Source: Endomicrobiales bacterium (GTDB lineage: Bacteria > Elusimicrobiota > Endomicrobiia > Endomicrobiales > CAWCFT01). From it: a stretch of 64,000 bases of DNA. The notes beneath the pieces were generated by a model. It had not been told where the DNA came from and did not search any database. It was given only the letters and a program-made list of their open reading frames with translations. The stretch covers positions 224,001-288,000 of the forward strand of contig CAWCFT010000001.1 in assembly GCA_963794945.1 (NCBI GenBank), written 5' to 3'. The translations under genes and the position numbers were made by a program. The number at the start of each line of letters is the position of its first letter. Position 1 is the stretch's first letter. Below are positions 9,901 through 20,770 of this stretch, piece by piece.

Positions 9901-9954
9901 TTAACAGATAATTAACATAATATTTATCCAGCCTTAATCTGGAATATGTATTAT
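9901..9954 (+). promoter_or_regulatory. Pho-box-like tandem operator plus -10 for the glycosyltransferase
   Basis: TTAACA-N5-TTAACA-N5-TTTATC-N5-TTAATC-N9-TATTAT. Confidence 0.65.
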
Positions 9955-9985
9955 TTTGTTCAAATCTGCCTTAAGGAGCAGCGCA

Positions 9986-11140
9986 TTGTTATATGTTTGC
10001 GAAACAGCAATGGGGTTCTCACTATTTGTCTACCTGGTCTATTTGTTTTTTACCACATATTTTAAAAACCCCGTAAAACACGTTGTGTATACTGACAAGA
10101 GTTACCCCAAAGTCAGCATTCTGAAACCATTGAAATATATCGACAATGATTTTGAAGATAATCTCCTGAGTTTCATCACACTTGATTATCCGGACTACGA
10201 GATACTACTTGGAATGGACAATTGCAGTATTGAAACAATAGATAAACTAAAACTTATATGTTCTAAATATCCAAACAATATTGTTAAGCTCATCGCAAAG
10301 AAGGGCTTCTCAAGAAGTAATCCAAAAATAGAAACTCTATCCGTCCTCGAAAGTTATGCCTCCGGAAGCCTTTACTGGGTGTCCGATTCCAACACAAGGG
10401 TCGGCAAAGATACACTCAAAATGCTGGTAAACGAATACCTTACAAATAAGTCAAAACTCATTTACTCCCCCATCTTCGGCACGGGCAGCAAAACCGCTGC
10501 CAGCGTCATGGAAAACTCTTACCTGAACCTTTTTGTTTCGGGAAGCATATTAACCGGCAATATTACAGCTAAACAGCATATAATAGTCGGCAAGTCCATG
10601 CTTATTGAAAGGAATGCTCTTGAAAAATTCGGCGGGTTCTCTTATTTTGGAAAGTATTTGGCTGAGGACTTCATGATAGGCAAGGAATTTTTGGAGAGAG
10701 GCATGTCAGTGTCAAGTAATTTTACTTGGATCACGAACTATGTTTCAAACTCTTCAATACCGAGTTTTGCGGCAAGGATGGCAAGATGGGCCAAGTTGCG
10801 GTTCCATCTCAACCCGCTAATTTACTGTTTAGAAATACTTACCAACCCCATAGGGCTGGGACTGATCTCTATTATGATGCTTGGCAAGGAAGCTCTACCA
10901 GCTGCATTATGCACAGCGTGCGCAAAAATTTTGATCGAGTACGCCAGCATGCTGATAATGAATCCGGCTGACGCCAGGAAACTCTGGATACTCTTATCTT
11001 TTCCTTTCGTTATATTGTTTAGAGATGCTATCTTGTTCTTCTATGTATACTTTATTCCCTTCATTTCGTATACAGTGTCCTGGGGAAACAGAACTATGAC
11101 CATTGGAAAGTACAGCATAATTAACGAAGCACGAGCTTAA
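9986..11140 (+). CDS. GT2/GT21 ceramide-glucosyltransferase-like (HpnI-like) membrane glycosyltransferase
   Basis: VSILKP, NPK, DS, GKSM, LAEDF and RxxRW motifs; C-terminal TM helices. AAGGAG RBS then TTG at 9986. Confidence 0.8.
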   Translation: MLYVCETAMGFSLFVYLVYLFFTTYFKNPVKHVVYTDKSYPKVSILKPLKYIDNDFEDNLLSFITLDYPDYEILLGMDNCSIETIDKLKLICSKYPNNIVKLIAKKGFSRSNPKIETLSVLESYASGSLYWVSDSNTRVGKDTLKMLVNEYLTNKSKLIYSPIFGTGSKTAASVMENSYLNLFVSGSILTGNITAKQHIIVGKSMLIERNALEKFGGFSYFGKYLAEDFMIGKEFLERGMSVSSNFTWITNYVSNSSIPSFAARMARWAKLRFHLNPLIYCLEILTNPIGLGLISIMMLGKEALPAALCTACAKILIEYASMLIMNPADARKLWILLSFPFVILFRDAILFFYVYFIPFISYTVSWGNRTMTIGKYSIINEARA

Positions 11141-11153
11141 CAATCGCAGTAAT

Positions 11154-11672
11154 CTACAAATTCATCCAGTTCCAGGTTTTTGATTCTTCTTCCTCAAGCC
11201 AGTCCCCCGTGCCTGTCAGGTAGGAATAAACGTTTGCAATTGCCGAGATATGTTCGCTTTCCTGTTTAAGTATCCACTTAAAGAACGACTTTTCCGCTTC
11301 CGTTTTTGCGTTCTTGAGGAAGTTGTCGTAGGTCTCATAGCCCTTCCGCTCCATGTCCATCGCCAGCTCGTAGCCTTCGATACCCTCTTTGTTCTCTTTG
11401 AGTTTAGCCTTGCCAAGCTTTTTAAAGAAATCCTTCAACACCGTTTCGATCGAAGGAGCGTCAATGGGCTTTAGTGTGAAATCCTCTTTAGAACCAAATC
11501 CGCTGTACGTCTCGTCGGCCTTTCTCGCATGCTCTATCTCCTCGCCACCCAGCGAATAGAACAACTTTTTGCCGAGCGGGTTGTCCGTTTTAGCGGCAAG
11601 CTCCATGTACATGTCCACGCCCTTTTTCTCAAAATCCAGCACGAATTTCAACGCGTCGTTTTTCTTTTCCAT
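11154..11672 (-). CDS. Ferritin-like/rubrerythrin-family protein
   Basis: Two E...Y...ExxH half-sites (EEIEH, QESEH). Confidence 0.8.
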   Translation of the reverse strand: MEKKNDALKFVLDFEKKGVDMYMELAAKTDNPLGKKLFYSLGGEEIEHARKADETYSGFGSKEDFTLKPIDAPSIETVLKDFFKKLGKAKLKENKEGIEGYELAMDMERKGYETYDNFLKNAKTEAEKSFFKWILKQESEHISAIANVYSYLTGTGDWLEEEESKTWNWMNL

Positions 11673-11688
11673 GACAACCTCCTAGACT

Positions 11689-11765
11689 AATTCAAAATTG
11701 AAAATTATAATATTATAAAATTCAACCCTCAAATCTTCAATCTTTAATCTTTAGATCTTCCAATT
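11689..11765. repeat. 7-bp-periodic repeat (AATCTTT family) overlapping the cusA 3' end
   Basis: aaatcttcaatctttaatctttagatcttccaat; related to 50495-50575. Confidence 0.5.
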
Positions 11766-14700
11766 TATCTTGTTTCTTCTTCCACAAAAAATATACCGCG
11801 GGATAGACCAGCAGTTCCATAAGGAATGACGTAAATATCCCGCCAACCATCGGCGCTGCAATGCGTTTCATGACATCCGCGCCTATCTCGTGCGACTGCG
11901 CCCACATGATCGGCAGAAGCCCGATGAAGAGTACTGCCGCTGTCATAAGTTTTGGGCGTATCCTTTTTACGGCCCCGTGCCACACGGCGGCCTTAAGGTC
12001 GTCAATGGTCCTTAGAAGGCCGTTCTTTGCCGCCTCGTCGTGCGATAGGTCAAGGTATAACAGCATAAAAATACCCGTCTCAGCGTCAACACCGAGCAGC
12101 GCTATGATACCCGACCACACGCCTATCGAAAGGTTATAGCCAAGAAGCAGAAGTATCCACACCGCGCCTATGAGCGAGAACGGCACCGCCAACAGTATGA
12201 TAAAGGTTTTCGTATAAGACCTTGTGCTTAAGTAAAGCAGTATGAATATAATGAACAGCGTCAGCGGCACTACCACCTTCATGCGCTCTTTGACACGTTC
12301 CATGAACTCGAACTGGCCGCTGAACTCAATGGAATAACCGGGTGGAAGCGCGACCTCTTTTGATATCATTTTTTTCGCGTCCTCAACATAACTGCCAAGG
12401 TCCCTGCCCGCGACATCGACGTAGACATAGCCCGTTAGCCTGCCGTTCTCGTCCCTTATCATGCCGGGTCCTGTCTCGGTTTTGATATCCGCGATCTCGT
12501 AAAGCGGTATCTGAGCGCCTGACGGTGTAGCTATGTATACCCTCTTTATCTTTTCTATGTCGTTCCTAAGTTCTCTTGGATAGCGGACGTTGACCGGGAA
12601 CCGTTCCCTGCCCTCGACGGTCTGGGTAACGTTCTCTCCTCCGATGGCCGCCATTATGTTATTGCCCACGTCTTCTACGGACAACCCGTACCTCGCTATA
12701 GCTTCCCTGTTGAGGTTAAAATTGACGAAGTAGCCTCCGGCGGTACGCTCGGCGAACGCGCTCCTTGTGCCTTTTACCATCGAGAGATGAGACTCGATCT
12801 CTTTGCCTATTTTTTCAACCACAGCAAGGTCGTCACCATATATCTTTATACCGACCGGGGTCCTGATACCGGTCGAGAGCATGTCTATCCTGCCTTTTAT
12901 CGGCATGGTCCATGCGTTAACTACACCCGGCAGCTTGAGCTTGGCGTCCATTTCGGAAATGAGCTCGTCCCAGCTTATCCTGTCCGGCCAGAACATTTCT
13001 CAGTGGGCCTGACATGAAATCAGGCATAAAGCTGTACCACCTGTCCTTCCGGCGCCACTCGTTCTGCGGCTTAAGAACTATCGTCGTCTCCATCATTGAC
13101 AGCGGCGCGGGATCGGTCGACGTTTCCGCCCTTCCCGCTTTTCCAAATACTGTCAGCACCTCAGGGAACGACTTTAGCAGTTTGTCCTGCGCCGTAAGCA
13201 GTTCCTGGGCCTGTGAGATGGAAATTCCCGGCAGTGTCGTGGGCATGTAAAGTATTGAGCCCTCGTTAAGCGGCGGCATGAACTCTTTGCCCAGCATAAA
13301 AAAAGCTGGAATAGTAAGGATGAAAGCGAGGATCGCCACCGCTATGACCTTATAAGGATGCTTCAGTACCGCATCTACAACAGGCCCGTATATCTTGAAA
13401 AGGAAGCTCGATATCGGGTGTTTGTCTTCCGAATGTATCTTGCCCACTAGTATAATGTTCGTAATCGAGGCTAGCCACTTTGGCTTGAAATCGTAATTTT
13501 TGAGGCGCGTAAAAAGCATCCTTATGGCCGGATCGAGCGTTATGGCGAGCCCCGCCGCAAAGAGCATTGCGAAATTTTTAGTGAATGCCAGCGGTTTGAA
13601 AAGCCTGCCTTCTATCCCCTCGAGCGAGAATATAGGTATGAACGCTACGGCTATAACTATAAGCGAAAAGAACGAAGGCCTTGCGACTTCCTTTATGGCT
13701 TTCAGGAGGATTTCTTTGTAGTCGCCTTTCTGGCCGCTCTCCTGCCAGAGCGCAAGCTCCTTATGCGCGTTTTCAACAACAACGATCGCGGCGTCCACCA
13801 TAGCGCCTATAGCGATGGCTATGCCTCCAAGCGACATAACGTTAGACGTTAGTTTCATGTAATACATAGGTATAAAAGCGAAAAGAACCGCGATGGGAAG
13901 GGTAATTATGGGTATAACTGCCGAAGGAAAATGCAGGAGGAATATGAGTATGACAAGTGAAACGACCAGCATTTCTTCAATAAGTTTTTTGCGGAGCGTG
14001 GCGATAGCCCTGTTTATGAGTTCGGAACGGTCGTAAACAGTAACTACCTTGACCCCGTCAGGCAGTTTTACTTGAGCTAGCCTTTCCTTTACACGTTCAA
14101 TAGTGTTCAAGGCGTTTTCGTTATAGCGCATTACCACTATCCCGCCAACCACTTCCCCGTTGCCGTTGAGTTCGGACACCCCCCTTCTTATATCCGGCCC
14201 AAGCTCTACCGCGGCGACATTCTTTACCTTAACCGGGACGCCGTTAACTACTTTAAGCACAGCCTGCTCTATGTCTTCCTTTTTATTGATGTAGCCCTTC
14301 ACCGTAAGCATATACTCGGTGCCGGAAAACTCTATAACCCTCGCGCCCACCTCCTGGTTAGAGCTCTTTACCGCGCTAACCACCGCCGAGATCGGTATCT
14401 TATACTGCTGGAGGGCCACGGGGTTAACAATAACCTGGTACTGTTTGATGTAGCCCCCTATAGAAGCTACCTCGGCCACGCCTTTGACCAACTGTAGGGC
14501 GTATTTCAGGTGCCAGTCCTGGAACGTGCGGAGCTCGTCAAGTGTGTGCTTGCCCGACTGGTCAACAAGTGCGTATTGGTATATCCAGCCGACGCCTGTC
14601 GCGTCCGGGCCCAGTTCTACTTTTGCGTCCTGCGGCATCTGCTGGTTGACCTTAGAAAGGTATTCAATCACCCGGGAGCGGGCCCAGTAAACGTCAGTGC

Positions 14701-14995
14701 CGTCCTCAAAAATAACGTAGACGTATGAGAAACCATAATCCGAAAAGGCTCGTATGTCTTTTACTTTCGGAGCGCCAAGGAGCGCGGAAACGATAGGATA
14801 TGTTACCTGATCCTCGATAACCCGCGGAGGCCGGTCCCACTTGGTATAGATGATAACCTGAGTGTCGGTAAGGTCGGGTATAGCATCAAGCGGTATATTC
14901 TTTATAGCCCAGACCAACCAGGCGATCATAGCCGCGACGCCCAGGAACACGAACGCCTTATTCTTAGCCGACCATTCAATGATTTTTTCGATCAT
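11737..14995 (-). CDS. cusA: CusA/CzcA heavy-metal RND permease (one +1 frameshift near 12997)
   Basis: DAIPDLTDTQVII, GAMVDAAIV, RIRPKLMT. ORFs 12917-14995 and 11737-12996 join if one base is removed. Confidence 0.92.
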
Positions 14996-15031
14996 TTTGT
15001 TAACCTAATTCTTCTGTGTTATTGCTGAAAA

Positions 15032-16271
15032 CTATTTTTTACCACCCATATCCATACCTTTCATGCCGTTCATTGCGCCACTACCCTGATTTTCCGGGGC
15101 AGCGAAGCTGGCTCTCCGAATCCAGCATAAAATTGCCTTCAGTCACTACAAGGTCGCCCTTCTTTAAACCGCTTGTTATCTCAACATAATCGTCGCCTGC
15201 AAAACCTGTCTTGACATCACGCGGTTCATATTCTCCGTTGCCGTAGTCAATGTACACTACCTTTCTTAATCCAGTGTCGATGACCGCTGTTTTAGGCACC
15301 GCAAGGGCCGAGCCATGCGAGGTTTTTAAATCGATATTCGCGAACATTTCAATTTTCAAAAGGTTACCAGTGTTATCCGCAAGTATCCTTGCCCTGGCCG
15401 AACGCGTCTCCGGGTTTATCGCCGGCTCGATGTAAATTACTTTGCCGTGGAACTTTACGTTTGGAAAGGCATCTACCACCGCAGTTACTTTTTTGCCGGG
15501 CTTGATAGACTCCAGGTCACCCTCGTAAATATCAGCGAACATCCAGGCTTTGTCTCCGGGGTATAGCAAAGTATTGTCAGGTTTACCCTGCTGCTCCAGT
15601 TCTTTAATAGCGTTATCGGTGTATCCGAGAAGCGAGAGGCGGAATTTCGTGGCATCAATTATCCTGCTTATCGAGCTTGAGTTCTTGTAGCTGAGAAGGT
15701 ATTCCTGCTGGGCAACGTAAAGGTCGTTGTCGTAAGCCACTTTCGCAGGCAGGCGGACAGTTTTGTTTATTTGTTCAAAGCGCGCGGGCTGGCTTTTGAG
15801 CCCGAGCAGTTTAACCTTGGCCGGTTCAACCGTTATCCTGCCGCTTTCTTTTTTGTAAACTGGCACAAGGTCCATACTGCATATCGGGCACTTGCCCGGG
15901 CCGTTCTCTTTTACCTGCGGGTGCATGGGGCAGGTCCAATAAGCAATTTCTTTACCGCCGGCATTTTTCCCCATGCCATTCATTTCCGGCGCTGGGCTGA
16001 TAGCGTTGTTCCCGGCAAGCAAACCGAGCTTCTTTTTGAAGTCGACAGAGCATTCCGGACAGCAAAGAAAATAGGTTTTACCCTTGTAATCCACGGCCTT
16101 TGTATCCTTGCTTACGTTGAACACATTGTTAGTGACCGGGCATATCGCCTGCATGCCTATTTCTGTTGCCCTGGCGGGGCGCAGTTTATATTCTCCTGAC
16201 TTGGAACAGGCTGCTGAAACCAGAAAGAGAATAACTCCGAAAATTATTGCCTTGGAATAATAGCGTCCCAT
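15032..16271 (-). CDS. cusB: CusB-like RND adaptor with YHS-like and CPMH heavy-metal-binding domains (probable +1 frameshift near 15100 before a Met-rich tail)
   Basis: CPVT..YFLCCPEC; WTCPMHP..CPICSMDL; MFP core. The alternative frame gives the tail GAMNGMKGMDMGGKK*. Confidence 0.85.
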
Positions 16272-16301
16272 TTATTTCTCCAGTTTTTTCTTTTTTATAT
16301 T

Positions 16302-16562
16302 CTAACGCATTGATTTAATAAGTTCAAATAGCTGCGGCCCTTTTATTACCGCGATCACGGCGAGCACTATTATATACAATGACCCTAGAGCTATCGCCGC
16401 ATAAGCTAAATTCCTGCCTCCGGTCTGCCTTTCTTCTATCTCCCTTAAGGCAAGCGAACCGAACACTATGGCTATTACGGCTTTTTCGAGGCCAAACAGC
16501 TGAACAAACGAGCAAACCCCTACCGTGAATGCCGCGACTGCCAATCTTGATCTTGTGTTCAT
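16302..16562 (-). CDS. Small membrane protein (DUF4190-like)
   Basis: MNTRSRLAVAAF...ALREI...GRNLAYAAIALG; ATG at 16562 immediately after the anti-sigma stop. Confidence 0.7.
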   Translation of the reverse strand: MNTRSRLAVAAFTVGVCSFVQLFGLEKAVIAIVFGSLALREIEERQTGGRNLAYAAIALGSLYIIVLAVIAVIKGPQLFELIKSMR

Positions 16563-16563
16563 T

Positions 16564-17070
16564 TTATTTCCTCTCTTTGCAGTTGCATTGCGCGCCGGGC
16601 TTGTCCTTACAACACTCGCAAAGCCTGTTCGCGCACCTATCACAGAATTTTGAGAAATTAGCCGGGCCGAATAGTCCGTCTTTCGTATAACCGGCAAGGG
16701 TACTTTTTGCTATTTCTGATATGCTGGCGCCATAAATGGCCGGCGATACCAGCGAGAACAAAGAGAATATAACCAGTAAAAAAGAAATACCGATCGGCAC
16801 AGGCGTCCATTTAAATACCGGCAAGAAAGGCCTCTGTTCCTGGGTATCGTAAGTTCTTGCCTTTGCCCAAAATTCCGCTCGGAACCTGGGTGATATCCTT
16901 ATAAATATTGATTGTTTTTTCAACAGGTTGTGCTGTTCAGTAAGCGCAGAGAGTTGTTCCCTGCAACCCGGACACTTATCCAGATGCTCTTCCAGGGTCG
17001 CATTTTCCCCAGGCGTCAACTCTGAGTCCATATAAGCGGAAAGCTTTTTCGATACGGTATTGCAGTTCAT
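16564..17070 (-). CDS. zf-HC2 anti-sigma factor with TM helix and Cys-rich C-terminus
   Basis: C...LSAYMD.EL...HLDKCPGC; TM segment; CDRCANRLCECCKDKPGAQCNC. Confidence 0.85.
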   Translation of the reverse strand: MNCNTVSKKLSAYMDSELTPGENATLEEHLDKCPGCREQLSALTEQHNLLKKQSIFIRISPRFRAEFWAKARTYDTQEQRPFLPVFKWTPVPIGISFLLVIFSLFSLVSPAIYGASISEIAKSTLAGYTKDGLFGPANFSKFCDRCANRLCECCKDKPGAQCNCKERK

Positions 17071-17087
17071 GTTTCACCTCTACTATA

Positions 17088-17115
17088 TTAAACGACAAAA
17101 GGCAGGAAAACTTGC
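17088..17115 (-). promoter_or_regulatory. Possible ECF-type promoter for the anti-sigma/cus operon
   Basis: Minus strand GCAAGT-N15-CGTTTAA, upstream of a GAGGTG RBS. Confidence 0.3.
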
Positions 17116-17245
17116 GGTGTGTTCACTGTTATATTACAAATGCCTATCGATATCTTATACAAATATCGTGCTATTTTTACAACTATATACTTCGGCTGAC
17201 GGCTGGCTTATTTCTACCGGAAAGTGGTTGTGGAAGGCTGGCCAG

Positions 17246-17386
17246 TTAAAATAGGATTCCCCTGCATCCGCCGCAATGCACACAATTGGCGCACCTGATC
17301 CTTTTTACGGGCTTTACGAAGTCATATTTACTGTTCCGTTTGAACGCTTTTTTAGGTATTTTTTTTGATGTTTTTTTCTTTTTCAT
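17246..17386 (-). CDS. 46-aa Lys-rich peptide with a CxxCxxCxxC motif
   Basis: MKKKKTSKKIPKKAFKRNSKYDFVKPVKRIRCANCVHCGGCRGILF*. Starts 1 nt after the sigma stop with a GGAG RBS; shorter than any ORF in the track. Confidence 0.65.
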   Translation of the reverse strand: MKKKKTSKKIPKKAFKRNSKYDFVKPVKRIRCANCVHCGGCRGILF

Positions 17387-17387
17387 T

Positions 17388-17972
17388 TCACACTCCGGAT
17401 TTAAGTGTTTTGGCAAGATTTTGCCTCGCCCGAAATATCAGAGACTCGACGGATGCTAAGGAACAGCCGAGTATTTCAGCTATTTCTGCATACGACTTGT
17501 CTTCATACACTTTCAAAGTTATAGCGAGCCGCTGGTTGTCCGGCAGTTTTGAAAGCCCAGCATTCACAAGTTCTTTTTCCGCAGAGCTTTCAGCCGCCGT
17601 CTCCGGGGCTACCGAATGTACGTCTTCAACTTCAATATTTTTACCCTCGCCGTCATTTTCACGGGCACTAACGGGTTTTGCGCCCCATATAGCGTTGTGT
17701 TTTCTTTTCTTTAGATGATCGAGCGAAAGGTTTGAGGCTATTCGGTACAGCCATGTAGAGAACTTAGCGGATGGGACGTACGATTTAGCCGACTTATAAA
17801 CCCTTAAGAATACTTCCTGCGCGACATCTTCGGCTTCCCGTGCATCGTGAGTGAAGCGGTAAACATAATTGATAATTGGGCCTTCATATTTTGCAAGCAG
17901 GGCATTAAAAGCGTTTTCATCGCCGTTTTTAAAGGCTGCCATCATCTCCGCGTTTGCATCTTTTGGTATCAT
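17388..17972 (-). CDS. ECF RNA polymerase sigma factor
   Basis: AEDVAQEVFLR, FSTWLYRIASN, SYAEIAEILG, VESLIFRAR. Confidence 0.93.
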   Translation of the reverse strand: MIPKDANAEMMAAFKNGDENAFNALLAKYEGPIINYVYRFTHDAREAEDVAQEVFLRVYKSAKSYVPSAKFSTWLYRIASNLSLDHLKKRKHNAIWGAKPVSARENDGEGKNIEVEDVHSVAPETAAESSAEKELVNAGLSKLPDNQRLAITLKVYEDKSYAEIAEILGCSLASVESLIFRARQNLAKTLKSGV

Positions 17973-19727
17973 CTATGCCTTAGTGTGTTTTTCTATCAAT
18001 ATGTAATACGGCCCGAATGGGCATTCCACATCATAGTTTTGCCGTATGAATTCGTCAAGAACTCTGACCCCTGAGCTTACGGAACTCTCGTTTGGCTCGC
18101 TTATGAGCGGGTTCTCCTTGAGCACGATCTTTGTATCTTTTTGTTGCTGCAGCTCCCTGATTATCTCCGATTGCGCTTCCAGAGTCGTGACTACGCCGGG
18201 ATGCAGTTCGTGATATCTTGTCGCGCAGTTATACCCGGCGAAGAAGTAGATCAATACGTTATTAACGCTTAAGATGTCGTGCCGCATACTTCCGATAAAT
18301 AGCTTTTGGGTTTTAGGCGTTTGGCTCTCCAGATAATTAACTGTTAAGTACATATTTTTTTCCGCTCCGAACGGGACCACTATACCTTTTGCCTGAGGAA
18401 ACAGAGATCCACAAAAACCTTCTGGCGTCCCGAATGTCGGAAGCAAGGAGCTTGTTTTTATATTAAAAGCGCACAGCGTGACTACGACCAATACAGCCGG
18501 CACAATCCATATATAGGGAATACTTTTCTTCCCTTGCCAGGACACCCTGACAGCCATTATTAGAGCGGTAATGAACAAAATGAAAATCGGGACATTAAAA
18601 AATGGCCTATAAAACCCTTCCGCCCCGTATTTTAAGAACGATATTCCTAATGTTACGTTAGCGATAAGTATCAAAACAGCCGCACATTGTAAGAATATGT
18701 CCGGCTCTTCTAATGCCGAGGCTGAAAGGAAAACTGAAAGAATAACGCAAACCGCCACCGTCAAGAACATATGGGCATTATCTGCCCTTGTCTTTGATTC
18801 TAAAAACAACATCATGCCCAAAGCCATGAACATAAGCGATATTTTATCAGTTGAAGAAATATTTTTTAACCTGTCCCTCAACGCTTTCCGCGACTGTACA
18901 ACTACCGTCAATATGAATACCAACACTGGATAATAGAACGGGAATGCGTCAAACGAGATATTAAAAGCAGGGAAAGGTAGTCGCCTGAAGTCCGGGAATA
19001 TTTCTAGAGGAAAACGCACAAATTGATCAAGCAATTCTTTTATCGGTACGTTCCACATAAAATACAGCCCGGCCGGCAATACAAAACATATCATACCAAG
19101 AATATATATTTTGTTCCTGCTTAGGCCATTTTTAGGATCTTCTATAAACAGATAGGCTATTGTCGCGATAGCTGCTGCCAGCCCAAACTCATGTTTAAAC
19201 AAGATAGTGCACCCGGCTAAAATTCCGGCAACGAACAGATTATTCTTGCGAATGACAAACCCGGGGCCAATGATAACATTAACTGATAATAGATAGAACA
19301 ATCCTGCTGTCGTGAACGCCATTCCGTACACCGGCCCGCAGAACCCGAATGACAAAGCGATGAGCGCCGCCACAGCAAGCGCGTACTGCCACTTCATAAC
19401 TTTTTTTGTCAAGAACCAGACTATTAAAGGGAACAGGAACACGACAACTCCGCCATAGACCCTTTGCACCAGTAGATTTTCACCGAATGCCCTGAACAAC
19501 AGGGCCTCGAGATAGAAATTCCCCGGAGCGTAGCATGTCCAGAAATCCCTGTAGGGCATCTCGCCATGGAGCACCCTGCTTGCACCGAACGCGGCGATAC
19601 CGTCGTCGTAAATATTATAGCCTATATTATAATTGGAATAGATAAAACACAAGTTGAAGATTAGAAAGGACGATATCAGGATAGTTTTAGTATTGAATAG
19701 TGTTAGAAGACCTCTAAATCTTTCCAC
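17973..19727 (-). CDS. Multi-pass GT-C fold (ArnT/PMT-like) membrane glycosyltransferase
   Basis: YDDG...GEMPYRDFW...PG, many TM helices, soluble C-terminal domain. Confidence 0.65.
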   Translation of the reverse strand: MERFRGLLTLFNTKTILISSFLIFNLCFIYSNYNIGYNIYDDGIAAFGASRVLHGEMPYRDFWTCYAPGNFYLEALLFRAFGENLLVQRVYGGVVVFLFPLIVWFLTKKVMKWQYALAVAALIALSFGFCGPVYGMAFTTAGLFYLLSVNVIIGPGFVIRKNNLFVAGILAGCTILFKHEFGLAAAIATIAYLFIEDPKNGLSRNKIYILGMICFVLPAGLYFMWNVPIKELLDQFVRFPLEIFPDFRRLPFPAFNISFDAFPFYYPVLVFILTVVVQSRKALRDRLKNISSTDKISLMFMALGMMLFLESKTRADNAHMFLTVAVCVILSVFLSASALEEPDIFLQCAAVLILIANVTLGISFLKYGAEGFYRPFFNVPIFILFITALIMAVRVSWQGKKSIPYIWIVPAVLVVVTLCAFNIKTSSLLPTFGTPEGFCGSLFPQAKGIVVPFGAEKNMYLTVNYLESQTPKTQKLFIGSMRHDILSVNNVLIYFFAGYNCATRYHELHPGVVTTLEAQSEIIRELQQQKDTKIVLKENPLISEPNESSVSSGVRVLDEFIRQNYDVECPFGPYYILIEKHTKA

Positions 19728-19748
19728 GGCACCTCACGGCCAGGTTTG

Positions 19749-20706
19749 TCATAACCCAATCTCGGAAATGATCTTACTTAATGCGTCTGCGGATTTTTTC
19801 AACGACTGTTCTTCTTTCTCGTTGAGACCTATCTTCATTACTTCCCGGATGCCTTTACTGTTTACAACAGCGGGAAGACTGAGATATATATCGTTTATGC
19901 CTAAATAGTCCTTTACAAGAGACGAAACGGGAAGAATGGCGTTCTCATCATGCAGTATCGCCTGTGTTATTCTAGCCGCCGCGAGTCCGATCCCGTAAGA
20001 GGTCTCGCCCTTCAATTCTATTATCTTGTATGCCGAATCCCTCACGTTAGTAAATATACTTTCCAGTATAGGCCCGTGCTCACAGCCGTTCCTGTTCTTG
20101 CACACTAGACAGTAGTCGCTAAACAGCACACCGCCTATCATAGCCCGGCTCCACACCGGAAACTCGCTGTCGCCGTGCTCGCCGAGTATGTAAGCGTGGA
20201 TGTTGTGCGGGTCTATCATGCAGTGATTTGCAAGCTCATGGCGGAACCTGGCGGAATCAAGCACGGTTCCGGAACCGATAACTTCGCTGGCTGGCTTACC
20301 GGATAATTTATAGGCGACATAGGTCAGAATATCAACAGGGTTAGAAACAACAAGAAGAATGGCCTCAGGCGCGTATTTAACTATGTTCTGGAATTATCTT
20401 CTTGAATATCGCCGCGTTATCCTTAACTAGATCAACCCTCGACTGCCCGGGTTTCTGTTTCGATCCGGCCGTGATAACAACTATATCAGAACCAGCGGTA
20501 TCGGCGTAACCGCCGGCGAATATTTCAACCGGTGAAACAAAAGGAGCGCCGTGAGCTAGGTCCATAGCTTCGCCCTCGGCTTTATTCGTGTCCCTGTCGA
20601 TCAACACTATCTGCCTGGCTAGCCCTCTTATCACAAGTGCATAGGCATAGCGCATTCCTACATTACCGCAGCCTATTATAGATATTTTAGGTTTTAGATT
20701 TTGCAT
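19749..20706 (-). CDS. ldh: L-lactate dehydrogenase (+1 frameshift near 20385)
   Basis: GCGNVG, AGSKQKPGQSR, SNPVD, LDSARFR, GEHGDS. Confidence 0.9.
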
Positions 20707-20770
20707 AAATGTCCTTGTATGCCTTTATTATTTTACGGTGGGATTGCAAACGGGATAGTCGCGGGTCAGG

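Noticed and set aside
17246..17972. Cys-rich peptide as a frameshifted CorE-like C-terminal tail of the sigma factor
   Set aside because: The sigma ends at normal length and the peptide has its own GGAG RBS and ATG, so it is kept as a separate gene. Reads should confirm this given the indel rate.
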